64,000 nucleotides of DNA from Squalus acanthias (taxonomy: Eukaryota), in assembly GCA_030390025.1 (NCBI GenBank), contig CM059431.1, positions 139,502,001 through 139,566,000 of the forward strand. The letters are read 5' to 3'. A model generated the notes under the pieces. The model was not told where the DNA came from. It searched no databases and saw only the letters and a program-made list of their open reading frames with translations. The position numbers were made by a program, and so were the translations under genes. Below are positions 9,765-23,100 of this stretch, piece by piece (positions within the stretch are counted from its first letter, which is position 1; every line of letters starts with the position of its first letter).

Positions 9765-12210
9765 AATGATTTTAGGATGATTGGCTTTTTAAGCCCGCCC
9801 AGAGCGTTTGCCGCCCAGTTAAAGGAAGCGTGTCTGATGACGTGATTTGATGACATGTCATCAGCCAGTTTCCTTAAAGGGACCTTGCACAAATTGATTT
9901 TGACAGTTATGCTGTTCGTGTTCTACAGCACTGAGGCGCTGCAAACACTGACAGGCACTGCACAGAGGTGACCGGCTGCACCCAGGCTCTATCATAACTC
10001 CCTCCATATGCTTATGGAGGGAGTCACAACACGCAGTGAGGTCCTTTTCCTTTCCAATGTGTGGAAGAGACCTCCTCAGTAGATCAACGCATCCTGGTTG
10101 CTCATTGCACAGGAGAACACAAGCAGGGATGTCGTCAGGAGGACCAGGCTGCAGTGGGGCAAACCTTCCAATGATCTCAGTAGATGACGAAAAGTTACTG
10201 CAAAGCCACACTCAAACTCATCTTGCTGTGCCAATCATCACGTACCCATCACTCTGCCTTCCCTACCCTACTCCTGCAAATCCTTACTCACACCAATTTA
10301 CCTTTCACCTCCACCCATTCCTCTCTATGTACATTATCATGTTGCTATTTCTCTAGCCACCCCTCACAGTCACCCTCGTCCTAGTCCAATCATACCAACT
10401 AACAACAAACAAGGTTAGTCACTTATGCTATTGTGACGTTTCTGTTAATGTGCAGAAATTGTTAACATTGAAATCTTTATTTTCAAAACTTTGCACTCTT
10501 GGACAAATTTGAGTGGAACTTTGGACGTGGCTTACTGAGTTGCATTTAATGGTGAGATTTAACGGTAGCACCGCCCCCCCCCCCCCCCCCGCCACACCCA
10601 GCAATGATGATGACTTTGAAAGGAATGGCTCGCCGGTTGTACGGATGCTTTATGGTTTTGGTGTGGGGTGCTAACAACCTGGTGCATCACGTGGCAGCCA
10701 GGTTGTACAGCGTCAAGTGAAGTAAATCTGTCCATGGTGTGGCCAACCTTGCCGTCCCGGGCAGCAATGTGGTCGGGTACTGATGCCCTGTGTCCTGTGC
10801 AGCATCAGGTGATTGCGGAGAATTTTGATGTTAAGAACATAAAACATAAGAAATGGGTGCAGGAGTAGCCCCTACGACCCCTCGAGGCTGCTCCGCCATT
10901 CAATAAGATCATGGCTGATCATCGACCACAACTCCACTTTCCCGCCCGATGTCCATATCCCTTGATTCCCCTACAGTCCAAAAATCGATCCATCTCAGCC
11001 TTGAATATACTCAAAGACTCAATATTCACAGCCCTCTGGGGCACAGAATTCAAAATATTCACAGCGCTCTGAGTGAAGAAATTCCTCGTCATCTACTTAT
11101 TAAATTGCTTACCCCTTATCCTGATACAATGTCCCTTAGTTCTAGACACTCCAGACAGTGTAATCAACCTCTCAGCATCTACCCTTTCAATCCCCTTCAG
11201 AATCTTGTATGTTTCAATGAGAACACCTCTCATTCTTCGAAACTCCAGAGAGTATAGGCACATTCTGCACCATCTCTCATCATAGGACAGCCCTTTCATT
11301 CCAGGAATCAAACTAATCGACCTCCGTTGCTCCTCCTCCAAGGCAAGTATGTCCTTCCTTAGATAAGTGGCACTAAACAGTCACCAAGGCCCAGTACAAT
11401 TGTAGCAAGACTTCCTAACTCTTATACTCCAACCCCTTGCAATAAAGGCCAACAGGCCATGTGGCTTCCTTATTGCTTGCTGTACCTGCATGCTAGCTTT
11501 CTGTGTTTCTTGCACGAGGGCACCCAAATCTCTCTGAAAACCAACATTTCAAAGTTTCTCACTATTTAAAAAAATTCTGCTTTTCTATTCTTCCTACCAA
11601 AGTGAAGTGTTGTTGTGGGGTTGCTGATGTGCTTGGTACTGCTGGTGTTGGGGCTGATCGTGATGGGATTCTGAGGACCAAGTTGAGATAATTTCAATGC
11701 CGCCGATGCTGGTATAATAGATGGCAGGTGAAGTTGAGATGACAGAAGCGATCTGTCAATGGTAAGAGAGATTGTTCCAGTGAGGTGGCACTGGATACAG
11801 AGTTTACTGCAAAAACTTGCAACCATCATAAAGCTCAATCTCTCTTCCAAATACAGTAAGCAACTGCTGCTGAGCTTGGAAAGTGAACAGCTGTGAGATG
11901 GGAGCTTTTATAGCACATTTACAGCTGTCAAGTAAAGTGATCTTTCCATTGTTAACACAACGCCCGACCTTCTTATTTGACGTGATCCGAGCAGCGTACA
12001 CACTGTGGTCGACCTGTTAAACGCTGAAGGTGAGGTCAAAATTCTTTATAAGTCGCTCTTAACAATGTCATAATTACTTAAATTGCCTCCTCCTCCGCTC
12101 CGTTCAGAGTTGACAAATCCGACTTCAGGGAAAGTCGCGTGGCGGCGGGTTGACAAAAGAAAATCCCACCCGACCCGTCACCAAACGTGCCCATCCAAAA
12201 AAATTCCCCC
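9765..12210 (+). mobile_element. Harbinger/PIF-type DNA transposon relic with Myb/SANT-like gene remnant, interrupted by CR1
   Basis: Near 9975-10185 translates as AAPRLYHNSLHMLMEGVTTRSEVLF..WLLIAQ..RRTRLQWGKPSNDL. Reverse-complement homologue of 49085-50720. Boundaries approximate. Confidence 0.65.
10832..11605 (-). mobile_element. CR1 LINE 3' fragment nested in the Harbinger relic
   Basis: aagaacataaaacataag tail at the left end. LYSLEFRRMRGVLIETYKILKG on the - strand. Confidence 0.9.
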
Positions 12211-12226
12211 TAAGAATCTATGATTA

Positions 12227-12298
12227 GGTGTCCGGTAGCACAATGGTTATGTTACTGTCCAAGTAATCCGGAGGCCTGGACTAATGATCTGGAGACAG
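12227..12298 (+). mobile_element. Possible tRNA-derived SINE 5' fragment
   Basis: A-box-like tagcacaatggtta followed by gtccaagtaatccggaggcc. A related sequence lies on the - strand near 41560-41605. Confidence 0.4.
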
Positions 12299-12301
12299 GC
12301 G

Positions 12302-14064
12302 GGGCTGGATTTTGTCATTGGGGGCGGGCTGGGGGCGTGTCAGGTGGTCTGCGTGTCAGGACCCCGCCTCCGATGTGAGGCGGGACAAAAGTGCGATTTT
12401 GCCCCAATTGGGCACTTGATTTCCAGCGGTTGGGAACCCTTGGACCAATGAGTCTTTTGATACTGAAACTCGCCTCCGATGACGTCATCTATGCAGCTGG
12501 ATTTAAGGCCTGCAAGCAGCCTTGGTTCTTTTTCAACCTTATAACTTTGTCAACATACTTCTGAGGGATTCCTACTGCTACTATATCCAGCACCAGACCA
12601 AAGTGTGCACCCAGATTCGATGAGGCCTCCCTCCAAGCTCTGGTGGAGGGAGAAAGAGCAAACAAGGCAGTGCTCTTTCCTTCCTCAGGGAGGAAAAAAG
12701 CCTCCACAACAGACCAAAGCTGTGTGGCTGCATGTGGCACAGAAGGTGAATGCGATTTCAATGTGCAGCAGAACCTGGCTGCAATTCCAAAATAGGTTTC
12801 ATGACCTTGTCCACACAGTAAAAGTTTGTATTCCATTCCCATGACCGTCCATTTGAACCCCATCGCCTGACAACACCAGCACTCTGCTTTGTCAACCTCC
12901 TCCTACATATCCCACTTCACCCTTACATCCCTGCAACCTTACCCATTCACTCTCTCTGTATGTTCACATTAACTTAACTATGCAGCCCTCACATTCCCTA
13001 TCACTGTGATGATATGACAACAACTTACAACACACAGGGAGGGCCCTTGGTCTTGGCACCTCACTCCATCTTTGTGTCCTTCTAAGCTTCTATGCTATGG
13101 ATTTTCCACACTCACTCCTTCATTTTCACTCAAACTCCACTTGTGTCCCTCATTGCAGTAAAAGAGAGCCCACAATAAGAGGGAGAGGACGAGGACAGGA
13201 GGAGGGCCACCCTCAGTAGCCCAGCTCACCACTGCGGAAGAGGCAGCCCTGGAGATTGTGGGAGTGGAGGAGGATGCGCAAGTGGGGGACGGACAGACGG
13301 GCACATCAGAGCAAGCTGGTGACAGAATAGTTTTTCATCTCTCTCATTGACATTGCATGAGTGACTGATATTGATTCTGATGCTCTAACAGATTGACTTA
13401 TGATCATCTGCACAATTCAATGTGCATGCAACGTTTATCTCCCTTGTCTAACTCTTTCCTTTACTCCCCCACCGGACCAGCGACAGCCCCCCTCCCCACT
13501 GTACAGTAGGAAAGCAAAACAAATTAGTTTCCATTCTTCTGGTATATACCCCAGTTGAGGACGCGCTCAGTCAAGGTGGGGAGAGGGGTTTCCCAGGAGG
13601 TCACACTGGAGATGGGTCTCAGGCTCCAAACTTCCACAACAAAGAGTAGGTCTGCTAAAAGTTCCCCCAGACCTGAGACAACAAAGTCCTGTCACCTGCA
13701 AATGATGATTGCAGAAAACTCCTCTTTAATGGTAGAGCTGCAGCTGTTAGTAAGCAATCCACTTGCGATGCTACCAGGATTAACTGGCGTGTTCCAGAGG
13801 AGACGTGCAGCACGGGGGAAAAGTGTTAAATTCAGAAAGGCCTCTCAAAATTGGATTATCGAGGCATTTAACTGGTTGTTAAGGGCCTTAAGGGCCTATC
13901 TCGCCTCTTGGAGGCGGGACGGAAACGGGGTCTGAAATCCCGATTCAGGGAAATTTGCTCGGAGGGGGGCTGGGATCTGGATCAGAGCCGCCCGCCAATT
14001 TTTGCGATTTTAACACTTCACACGCCTCGAAAACCGCCTCCTCGGGCCTGGAAAAATCGAGCCC
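12302..14064 (+). mobile_element. Non-autonomous Harbinger/PIF-type DNA transposon with spliced Myb/SANT-like gene remnant
   Basis: Terminal inverted repeats (TIRs) GGGCTGGATTTT / AAAATCGAGCCC (11 of 12 match). 3-bp TSD GCG (12299-12301, 14065-14067). APRFDEASLQALVEG..WLHVAQKVNA..RTWLQFQNRFHDL near 12607-12825, then KRAHNKRERTRTGGGPP after an acceptor at 13158. Confidence 0.85.
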
Positions 14065-14881
14065 GCGGTCTCGGTGGTCTCCTGATCCGGCTCCCCGCGT
14101 CGACCGAGGATTCTTGTTGTTAAACTGAGAGTGGTGTTTGCCCCATACATTTTAGATTTATTTCCCTGCTCTTGCAACACAGTTACGCGATTATTGTGGG
14201 GATCTTATTTTAACAGGATGTAAAACAAGATGTTTCAGTCCTTTAAACAGGAACTGGAGTTTCATGAAATGACGTGTATATTCAAATGTTAGAACATTCC
14301 GATGTGTAAAGAAGGTGACTGTCAAATGTTGTGCCATCGAATTCAGTATTTTAGCAGCAATTTAAATGGTCACTGTTAACAGTAACAGATTTAGATAGTT
14401 TATGACAATTAGATTTTCAGAGGTGATGGGGTCTATTTCTAACAATATGACTATTTTATCGAGTATCTGTGTAGATGTGGCGCTGCTTAATGTTCTGTAC
14501 AGCTGGAACTGACGGTGGATTCAGTAAACCCGCAGTGTCAGGCCTGGTGGTGTAAAAATCCGTTATTGTAATCGCAACATCATGGTTACAAAAACTGGCT
14601 GAATATTCAGGGTTAATTTTCTGAACTAAACTCCAAACATGTGATGTTGGTTTTGTTACTTCTGTGTTCAGTTATTTTCAGTGAGTGATTTCCTCTATTG
14701 CCAGGGTAACAAACTGTCAGATCTCAATACAAGAGGCCTTGGCTAAAATTTATATCCGCAGGACCGTGAAACATTCAATGTAAACTCTTGTCTGTGTAGT
14801 CGGCAGTCCAGCAGTAGGGAGATCTCTGAACAGTTTTAATACAATGACCACAATATTAAAATAAGAGTATAAAGCTGTTGT

Positions 14882-15480
14882 GTAGGAGCAGTAGGTTATA
14901 TAAATACACATAATTCGTAATACTTCTTCTTGCTATGGTTTAATAATGCTTCTTATATTGATAAAGCCTTTTTCAACCACCTTTTGAAAAGAGAATATTG
15001 CTCCATGTGTTCGTACATGTTCCAACATTTGCACATGTTCGCCTGCCGTTCTGGCCACTTCCTACAGACGCAGTGAAAAGACATTCCACTTCATCAGTTT
15101 GAGTTTGAACAATGCCATAGAGATTCACCAGTAATGAATTAATTCTTGTTTGTAAAGCATACTTCCTGTAAGATTCACATTTACTGTTGGCCCAACTAAT
15201 TACCGGTCACATTAATTTCCTGTTACACCTCAGACATCAAAGTTCTAGTGAATCCTTTCACTCGTTCCAAATGGCAGTGCATCTGCTAGTTCTAATTACG
15301 TGAGAAAGGTTTATTCATCTTACAACTGTTTAGAGAGAGCGATTATGTGATAGATTGTTAATATTGTTTCCAGATACTTAACACACGATAGAAATATCGG
15401 ACAATACAAGACCATAGACAGATAGGAAAAATTGGAGGACATTCAGTCCCTCAATCCTATTCCGCCAATAACTTAGGTGA
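14882..15480 (+). repeat. Copy 1 of a local ~600 bp duplication
   Basis: Homologous to 17607-17880 plus 18858-19180. Confidence 0.85.
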
Positions 15481-15489
15481 GAACTGGCA

Positions 15490-16645
15490 TTCGATATGGT
15501 GCCACATAGAGTTTATTAAACAAAATTAGGGCTCATTGGATTGGGGGTAATATACCAGCATGGATTGTGGATTGGTTAATGGACAGAAAACAGAGATTAG
15601 GAATAAACGTGTCATTTTCGGGTTGGCAGGCTGTAACTAGTGGGGTACCGCAAGGATCAGTGCTTGGGCCTCAGCTATTCACAATCTACATCAATGATTT
15701 GAATGAGGGGACCAGATGTAATATATCCAAATTTGCTGATGATATAGACAGACTGGGAATGTAAGGAGGCCTCAAGGGGATATAGACAGGCTAAGTGACT
15801 GGGCAAGAAAATGGCAAATGTAATATAATGCGGCGAAATGTGAAGCTATCCACTTTGGTAGGAAAAATGGAAAAGCAGTGTATTTTTTAAATGGTGAGAG
15901 ATTGCTAAATGTTTGTGTTCAGAGGGACCTGGGTGTCCCTGTACACGAATCACTGAAAGTTAACATGCAGGTACAGCAAGCAATTAGGAAAGTAAATTAT
16001 ATGTTGGCCTTTATTACAAGGGGATTCGGGTATGAGTAAAGACGTCTTATGGCAATTATGCAGGGCCCTGGCGATACCACACCTGAAATATTGTTACAGT
16101 TTTGGCCTCCTTACCTAAAGAAGGATATACTTGCCACAGAGTGAGTGCAATGAAGGTTCACCAGACTCATTACTGGGATGGGAGATTGTCCTATGAGGAT
16201 AGATTGAGTAGACTAGGACTATATTCTCTAGAGTTCAGAAGAATGAGAGGTAATCTAATTGAAACATGCAAAATTCTTACAGGACTTGACAGGATAGATG
16301 CAGGGAGGATGTTTCCCCTGGCTGGTGGAGTCTAGAACTAGGGGTCAAAGTCTCAGAATAAGGGGTCGGCCAATTAGGACTGAGATTAGGACAAATTTCT
16401 TCACTCAGAAGGTGGTGAATTTTTGGAAATCTCTACCCCAGAGGGACGTTGAGACTCATCGTTGAGTATATTCAAGAGATAGATCGATAGATATTTGAAT
16501 ATTAAGGGAATCAAGGGATATGGATATAGTGCGGGAAATTGGAGATGAGGTAGAAGATCAGCCATGATCTCATTGAATGGCGGAGCAGGCTCGAAATGCC
16601 AATTAGCCTACTCCTGCTCCTATTTCTTATTTTCTTATGTTCTTA
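15490..16645 (+). mobile_element. CR1 LINE 3' fragment
   Basis: GVPQGSVLGP, KFADD, LYSLEFRRMRG and a ttcttat tail. Confidence 0.9.
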
Positions 16646-17570
16646 CGGCAACACGCATCCGTAGGCACTTGTGTGTTTTAGCTAACGTTCATACGAAGTT
16701 TCTGTTAATGTGCTGTCAAACATTGAAATCTTTATTTTCGAACCTTTCCATTCATGGACAGATTTGTGCGCACCTTTGGAAGTGGATTAGTGAGTTGCAG
16801 TGAATGGTGGGACATAACGGTACCCCCCGCAATGCTGATGAGTATGAAAGGAATAGCTTGGCATTGTAGTCATGCTTAATGGTATTGTTATGGCCTGGTG
16901 CCAACCTGGCGCATCATGTGGCAGCCAGGGTGTGCAGCGTCAATTGATTTAAATCTGGCCATGTTGAGGTCATCTCTGGTGTCCCAGTCAGCAGTGTGGT
17001 CGGGGGCTGATGCTCTGTGTCCTGTGCAGCATCTGTTGATTGCGGAGAAGTTTTATATTGTTGTTGGTGCTGGTGGTGGGCCTGGTGCTGCTGGAGCTGG
17101 GGCTGATCTTGTTGGGATTCTGAGGACCAAGTTCAGATAGCATCGATTCCACCGATGCTGATGTAATAGATGGTAGGTGAAGTTGAGATGACAGAAGTGA
17201 TATGTCAATGGTGAGTTCCGAAAGCCGTTGTTCCAGTGAGGTGACAATGGATAGAGAGTTTACTCCAAAAACTTACAACCTGCATTAAGCTCAATCTGTC
17301 TTTCAAATGCAGTAAGCAACAGCCTCTGAGCTTTGAAAGTGAACAGCTGTGAGGTGGGAGTTGTTACAGCACATTTCCAGCTGTCAAGTAGTGAGATGAT
17401 TCCATGGCCATTCAACTCCCGCCCTGCTTACCTGACGTGATCCCCGAGCAGCGTGGATCCAGTGGGCTACCGGGTAAACTCTGAAGTTGAGCTCAAAATT
17501 ATTTTTAAGTGGCTCTTAACAAGGTCATAATGACCTAAATTGCCTCCACCGCCGCTGCGTGTCGGTTGTG
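16646..17570 (+). mobile_element. Second partial copy of the Harbinger-type family at 9765-12210
   Basis: Colinear similarity to 10420-10830 plus 11606-12110, without the CR1 insertion. Confidence 0.7.
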
Positions 17571-17606
17571 TTCAGTGTTGAAAGGCAAGTTGACAAAGCT
17601 AATGTT

Positions 17607-19180
17607 TAGGAGCAGTAGGTTATATGGATACACATAATGCGTAATACTTCCTCTTGCTATGGTTTAATAATGCTTCTTATATTGATAAAGCCTGCTTCAA
17701 CCCCTTTTAGAAAAGAGAAAATTTCTCCAGGTTTTCGCACATGTTCTAACATTTGAACATGTCCGCCTGCCGTTCTGGCCTCCTCCTACAGACGCAGTGA
17801 AAAGATATTCCAGTTCATCAGTTGGAGTTTGAGCAATGCCATCGTGATTCACCAGTAATGAATTAATTCTTGTTTGTAAACTTGAATGAAGAGACCGAGT
17901 GTACTGTAGCCAAATTTGCTGATGATACAAAGATAGGTGGGTTAGGAAGTTGTGAGGAGGACACAAAAGAGTCTGCAAATGGACATAGATAGGTTAAGAG
18001 AGTGAGCAAAATTTGGCAGATGGAGTATAATGTGGGAAAATGTCAAGTTACCCACTTTTGAAGGAAGAATGAAAAAGCAAATTATTATTTAATGGAGTGA
18101 GACTATAAAATGCTGCTGTACAAAGGGATCTGGGGGTCCTAGTATATGAAACACAAAAACTTAGCATGCAGGTACAGCGAGTAATTAGGAAGGCTAATGG
18201 TATGTTGGCCTTTATTGCAAAGGGTATGGAGTATCAAAGTAGGGAAATTATGATGCAACTTTACAGAGCGCTGGTGAGACCGCACCTGGAGTACTGCGTA
18301 CAGTTTTAGTTTCCATATTTAAGGAAGGATATATTTGACTTGGAGGCAGTGCAGAGAAAGTTCACTAGGTTGATTCCTGGAATGAAGGGGTTGACATATG
18401 TCGAAAGGTTGAGCAGGTTGGGCCCATACCCATTGGAGTTTAGAAGAATGCGAGGTGATCTTATTAAAACATATAAGATTCTGAGGGGAATGAAAGGATG
18501 GATGATGGGTGGATGTTTCACCTAGTGGGGGAATCTGGAACTAGGGGGCATAGTTTCAGAATAAGGGGTCGTCCATTTAAGACGGAGTTGAGGATGAATT
18601 TCTTCTCTCAGAGGATCGTGAATCTTTGGAATTTTCTACCCCGGATAGCTGTGAAGGTGGAGTCATTGAATATATTCAAGGCGTAGATTGACAGATATTT
18701 GAACTTCAAGGGGTTCAAGGGGTCTGTGGAGAGAGCGAGAAAGTGGTGTTGAGGCCAAAATTAGATCAGCCATGATCTTATTAAATGGCGGAGCAGGCTC
18801 GAGAGGCCGATTGGCCTGCAACTGCTCCTGTTTCTTATGTTCTTATGATCTTATGCAAAGCACACCTCCTGTAAGATTCAGATTTACTTTTGGCCCATTT
18901 AATCTCCTGTCACATTCATTTCCTGTTATACCTCAGACATCAAAGTTCTAGTGAAATCTTTCACTCATTCCAAATGGCAGTGGATCTGCTAGTTCTAATT
19001 ACATGAGGCACGTTTATTCATCTTACAACTGTTTAGAGCGAGCCTTTATGTGATAGACTTTTAATATTGATTACAAATAATGAACACATGCGAGTACTAT
19101 CGGACAATACAAGACCATCGACAAATAGGTACAAGTGGAGTCCATTCAGGCCCTCTATCCTGTTCCGCCAATAAATTACA
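17607..19180 (+). repeat. Copy 2 of the local duplication, split by a CR1 insertion
   Basis: The ...ttcttgtttgtaaa|gca junction of copy 1 is separated here by ~975 bp of CR1. Confidence 0.85.
17881..18855 (+). mobile_element. CR1 LINE 3' fragment
   Basis: KFADD, LEFRRMRGDLIKTYKIL and tail ttcttatgttcttatgatcttatg. Confidence 0.9.
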
Positions 19181-19189
19181 TGAGAGCAG

Positions 19190-19560
19190 GCAGTGTAGCC
19201 TGGCTCTGTTGCGCAGGCGCAGTCTTGCTGCCACGCAGGCGCAGTCTTGTTCCCTGCCGTTATTCCGGGGATTCCCAGTCACGGGTCATTTTGCCTCTTG
19301 TGTCGGGCGGCGCGCGGGGATCGGTGAGAGACGGTAAGGAGCAGGATCGTTCTCCGGGATACAGGGGAGTCGCAGCCGTAAATACGTGGAAGTCCAGTGG
19401 GTGGGATTTGCTGTGTGCCAGGCAGCGCGGGCCGCGTGTGAGTGACGGTAAGAAACAGGTTGGTTGCCCGGGTTACAGGGGCCGCGCTCTGTGACTGAGG
19501 GAACTCGGCTCCATTCAGCACACGGCCTGACAGCGCGGCTGCTCAGCCCAGAGTTTAGAT
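19190..19560 (+). promoter_or_regulatory. CpG-rich putative promoter and first non-coding exon
   Basis: Local CpG enrichment. NRF1-like TGCGCAGGCGCA (19210-19221) and CACGCAGGCGCA (19232-19243). Two CG/GTAAG donor-like sites near 19334 and 19448. Confidence 0.5.
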
Positions 19561-19594
19561 CACAGCGAGGGCTTTAAAGTGTAGCAGGTTTGCT

Positions 19595-19855
19595 TCGGAA
19601 TATAAATCCCACGCAAATGTATTGAAACAGGGCAGAATACAGGGGACGGCCCGGAATGTACTGAGCCGAGCCATAATACAGGTGAAGGTAGGGGATATAA
19701 ACCCCAGGGAATGGACTGAACCGGGTCAAAATCCAGGCGATGGCCCGGAATATAAACCCCAGGGAATGTACTGAGCCGAGCCATAATACAGGTGAAGTTC
19801 GGGGATATAAACCCCAGAGAATGGACTGAACAGGGTCATACTACACGAGATGCTC
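19595..19855. repeat. Short degenerate tandem repeat, ~53 bp units
   Basis: Recurring atataaaccccagggaatg(g/t)actga. Confidence 0.7.
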
Positions 19856-20119
19856 CGGGCCAAAAGCAACAAGGAATGTATTCAACCTGTCCTGATACGG
19901 GGGATGGTCCAGGGATGGAGGATGGGCCCAAAGAGATCGGACAATTTCTGCAGTGTAGAAAAAAAAGGCGCTTTTCCGGCTTGGTGAGGGAAAATGCTGA
20001 ACTCTAAGGCTGCCGGACTTTCACTATGAGGAAAAATGCAAAATTAAACACAAAGCCTCGGAACTGAGGGTTTGGAGAGTTGTGCAAGATAGAATGCAAC
20101 AGCCAGTGACGTCAGGTGG

Positions 20120-23100
20120 TATGTTACCCGGGGAGGATGGGAACAGTGAGATCAGACAGTGTGTAACCAGGGGCGGATGGGCCCAGTGAGATCAGACAGT
20201 GTGTAACCCGGGGAGGATGGGCACAGTGAGATCAGACAGTGTGTAACCTGGGCAGGATAGGCCCAGTGGGATCAGACAGTCTGTAACCCGGGGAGGATGG
20301 GCCCAGTAGATCAGACAGTGTGTAACCGGGTAGGATGGGCCCAGCGAGATCAGACAGTGTGTAACCCGGGGAGAATGGGCCCAGTGAGATCACACAGTGT
20401 GTAACCGGGTAGGATGGGCCCAGCGAGATCAGACAGTGTGTAACCCGGGGAGGATGGGCCCAGTGAGATCAGACAGTGTGTAACCCGGGGAGGCTATGCC
20501 TAGCGCGATCAGGCAGTGTGTAACCGGTTGGGGCTGGGCCCAGTGAGATCAGATAGTGTGTAACTCGGGGAGGATCGGCCCAATGAGATCAGACAGTGTG
20601 TATCGCGGGAGGATGGACCCAGTGAGATCAAACAGTGTGTAACCCGGGGAGGATGCGCCCAGTGTGATCAGACAGTGTGTAAATCGTGGAGGATGGGCTC
20701 AGTTAGATCAGACAGTGTGTAACCCGGGGAGGATGGGCTCAGTGAATTAAGACAGTGTGTAACCCGTGGAAGATGTCCCAGGGAGATCAGCCAGTGTGTA
20801 ATCCGAGGAGGATGGGCCCACTGTTATCAGACAGTTTGTAACTCGGAGAGGATGGGCGCAGTGAGATCAGACACTGTGTAACCCGGGGAGGTTGGTTCCA
20901 CTGAGCACAGACAGTGTATAACCCGGGGAGGATGGGCTCAGTGAAATGAGACAGCGTGTAACCCGGGAAGATAGTGCAGGTGAGATGAGACAGTGTGTAA
21001 CCCGGGGAAACTGATTCCAGTGAGATCATGCACTGTGTAACCCGGGGACGATGGGCCCAGTGAGATCAGACAGTGTGTAACCCGGGGAGGATGGGCCCAG
21101 TGAGATCAGACAGTGTGTAACCCGGGGAGGATGGGTCCAGTGAGATCAGACAGTGTTTAACCCGGGGAGGATGGGCCTAGTGAGATCAGAGAGTGTGTAA
21201 CTCGGGGAGGATGGGCCCAGTGAGATCAGACAGTGTGTAACTCGAGGAGGATGTGTCCAGTGAGATTAGACCGTGGGTAGCCCGGGGAGTATGGGCCCAG
21301 TGAAATCAGACAGTGTGTAACTCGGGGAGGATGGGCCCATTGAGATCAGACAGTGTGTATCGCGGGAAGGATGGGCCCAGTGAGATCAGACAGTGTGTAA
21401 CCCGGCGAGGATGGGCCCAGTGAGATCAGACATTGTGTAACCCGGGGAGGATGTTTCCAGTGAGATCACACAGTGTGTAACCCGGGGAAGATGGGTCCAG
21501 TGAGATCAGCTAGTGTGTAAACCGTTGAGGATGGGCCCAGTGAGATCAGACAGTGTGTATCACTTTGAGGATGGGCCCAGAGAGGTCAGACAGTGTGTAA
21601 CCCTGGAGGGATTGGTCCAGTGAGGTCAGGCAGTGTGTAACCCGGGGAGGATGAGCCCAGTGAGATCAGACATTGTGCAATCCGGGGAGGATGTTTCCAG
21701 TGAGATCACACAGTGTGTAACCCGGGGAAGATGGGTCGAGTGAGATCAGCTAGTGTGTAAACCGTTGAGGATGTGCCCAGTGGGATCAGACAGCGTGTAA
21801 CTCTGGGAGGATGGGCCCACTGATATCAGAGAGATCTAACCCGAGGAGAATAGGCCCAGTGAGACCAGACAGTGTGTAACCGGGTAGGATGGGCCCAGCG
21901 AGATCAGACAGTGTGTAACCCGGGGAGGATGGGCCCAGCGAGATCAGACAGTGTGTAACCCGGGGAGAATGGGCCCAGTGAGATCACACAGTGTGTAACC
22001 GGGTAGGATGGGCCCAGCGAGATCACACAGTGGGTAACCCGGGGAGGATGGTTCCAGTGAGATCACACAGTGTGTAACCCGGGGAGGCTGTGCCTAGCGC
22101 GATCAGGCAGTGTGTAACCGGTTGGGGCTGGGCCCAGTGAGATCAGACAGTGTGTAACTCGGGGAGGATCGGCCCAATGAGATCAGACAGTGTGTAAACC
22201 GGGAGGATGGACCCAGTGAGATCAAACAGTGTGTAACCCGGGGAGGATGGGCCCAGTGAGGTCAGACACTGTGTAACCTGGGGAGCATGGGCCCAGTGAG
22301 ATCAGACAGTGTGTAAACCGGGGAGGATGCGCCCAGTGTGATCAGACAGTGTGTAAATCGTGGAGGATGGGCTCAGTTAGATCAGACAGTGTGTAACCCG
22401 GGGAGGATGGGCTCAGTGAATTAAGACAGTGTGTAACCCGTGGAAGATGTCCCAGGGAGATCAGCCAGTGTGTAATCCGAGGAGGATGGGCCCACTGTTA
22501 TCAGACAGTTTGTAACTCGGAGAGGATGGGCGCAGTGAGATCAGACACTGTGTAACCCGGGGAGGTTGGTTCCACTGAGCACAGACAGTGTATAACCCGG
22601 GGAGGATGGGCTCAGTGAAATGAGACAGCGTGTAACCCGGGAAGATAGTGCAGGTGAGATGAGACAGTGTGTAACCCGGGGAAACTGATTCCAGTGAGAT
22701 CATGCACTGTGTAACCCGGGGACGATGGGCCCAGTGAGATCAGACAGTGTGTAACCCGGGGAGGATGGGCCCAGTGAGATCAGACAGTGTGTAACCCGGG
22801 GAGGATGGGTCCAGTGAGATCAGACAATGTTTAACCCGGGGAGGATGGGCCTAGTGAGATCAGAGAGTGTGTAACTCGGGGAGGATGGGCCCAGTGAGAT
22901 CAGACAGTGTGTAACCCGGGGAGGATGGTCCCAGTGAGATCAGACAGTGTGTAACTCGGTGAGGATGGGCCCAGTGAGATCAGACAGTGTGTAACTCGAG
23001 GAGGATGTGTCCAGTGAGGTCAGACAGTGTGTAACCCGGGGAGAATGGGCCCAGTGAGATCAAACAGTGTGTATCCCTTTGACGATGGGCCCAGTGAGAT

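Noticed and set aside
14100..15480. Possible endogenous viral or coding remnant in unique-looking DNA
   Set aside because: The frames I translated by hand have frequent stops and no recognisable motif. A BLASTX would be needed to exclude it fully.
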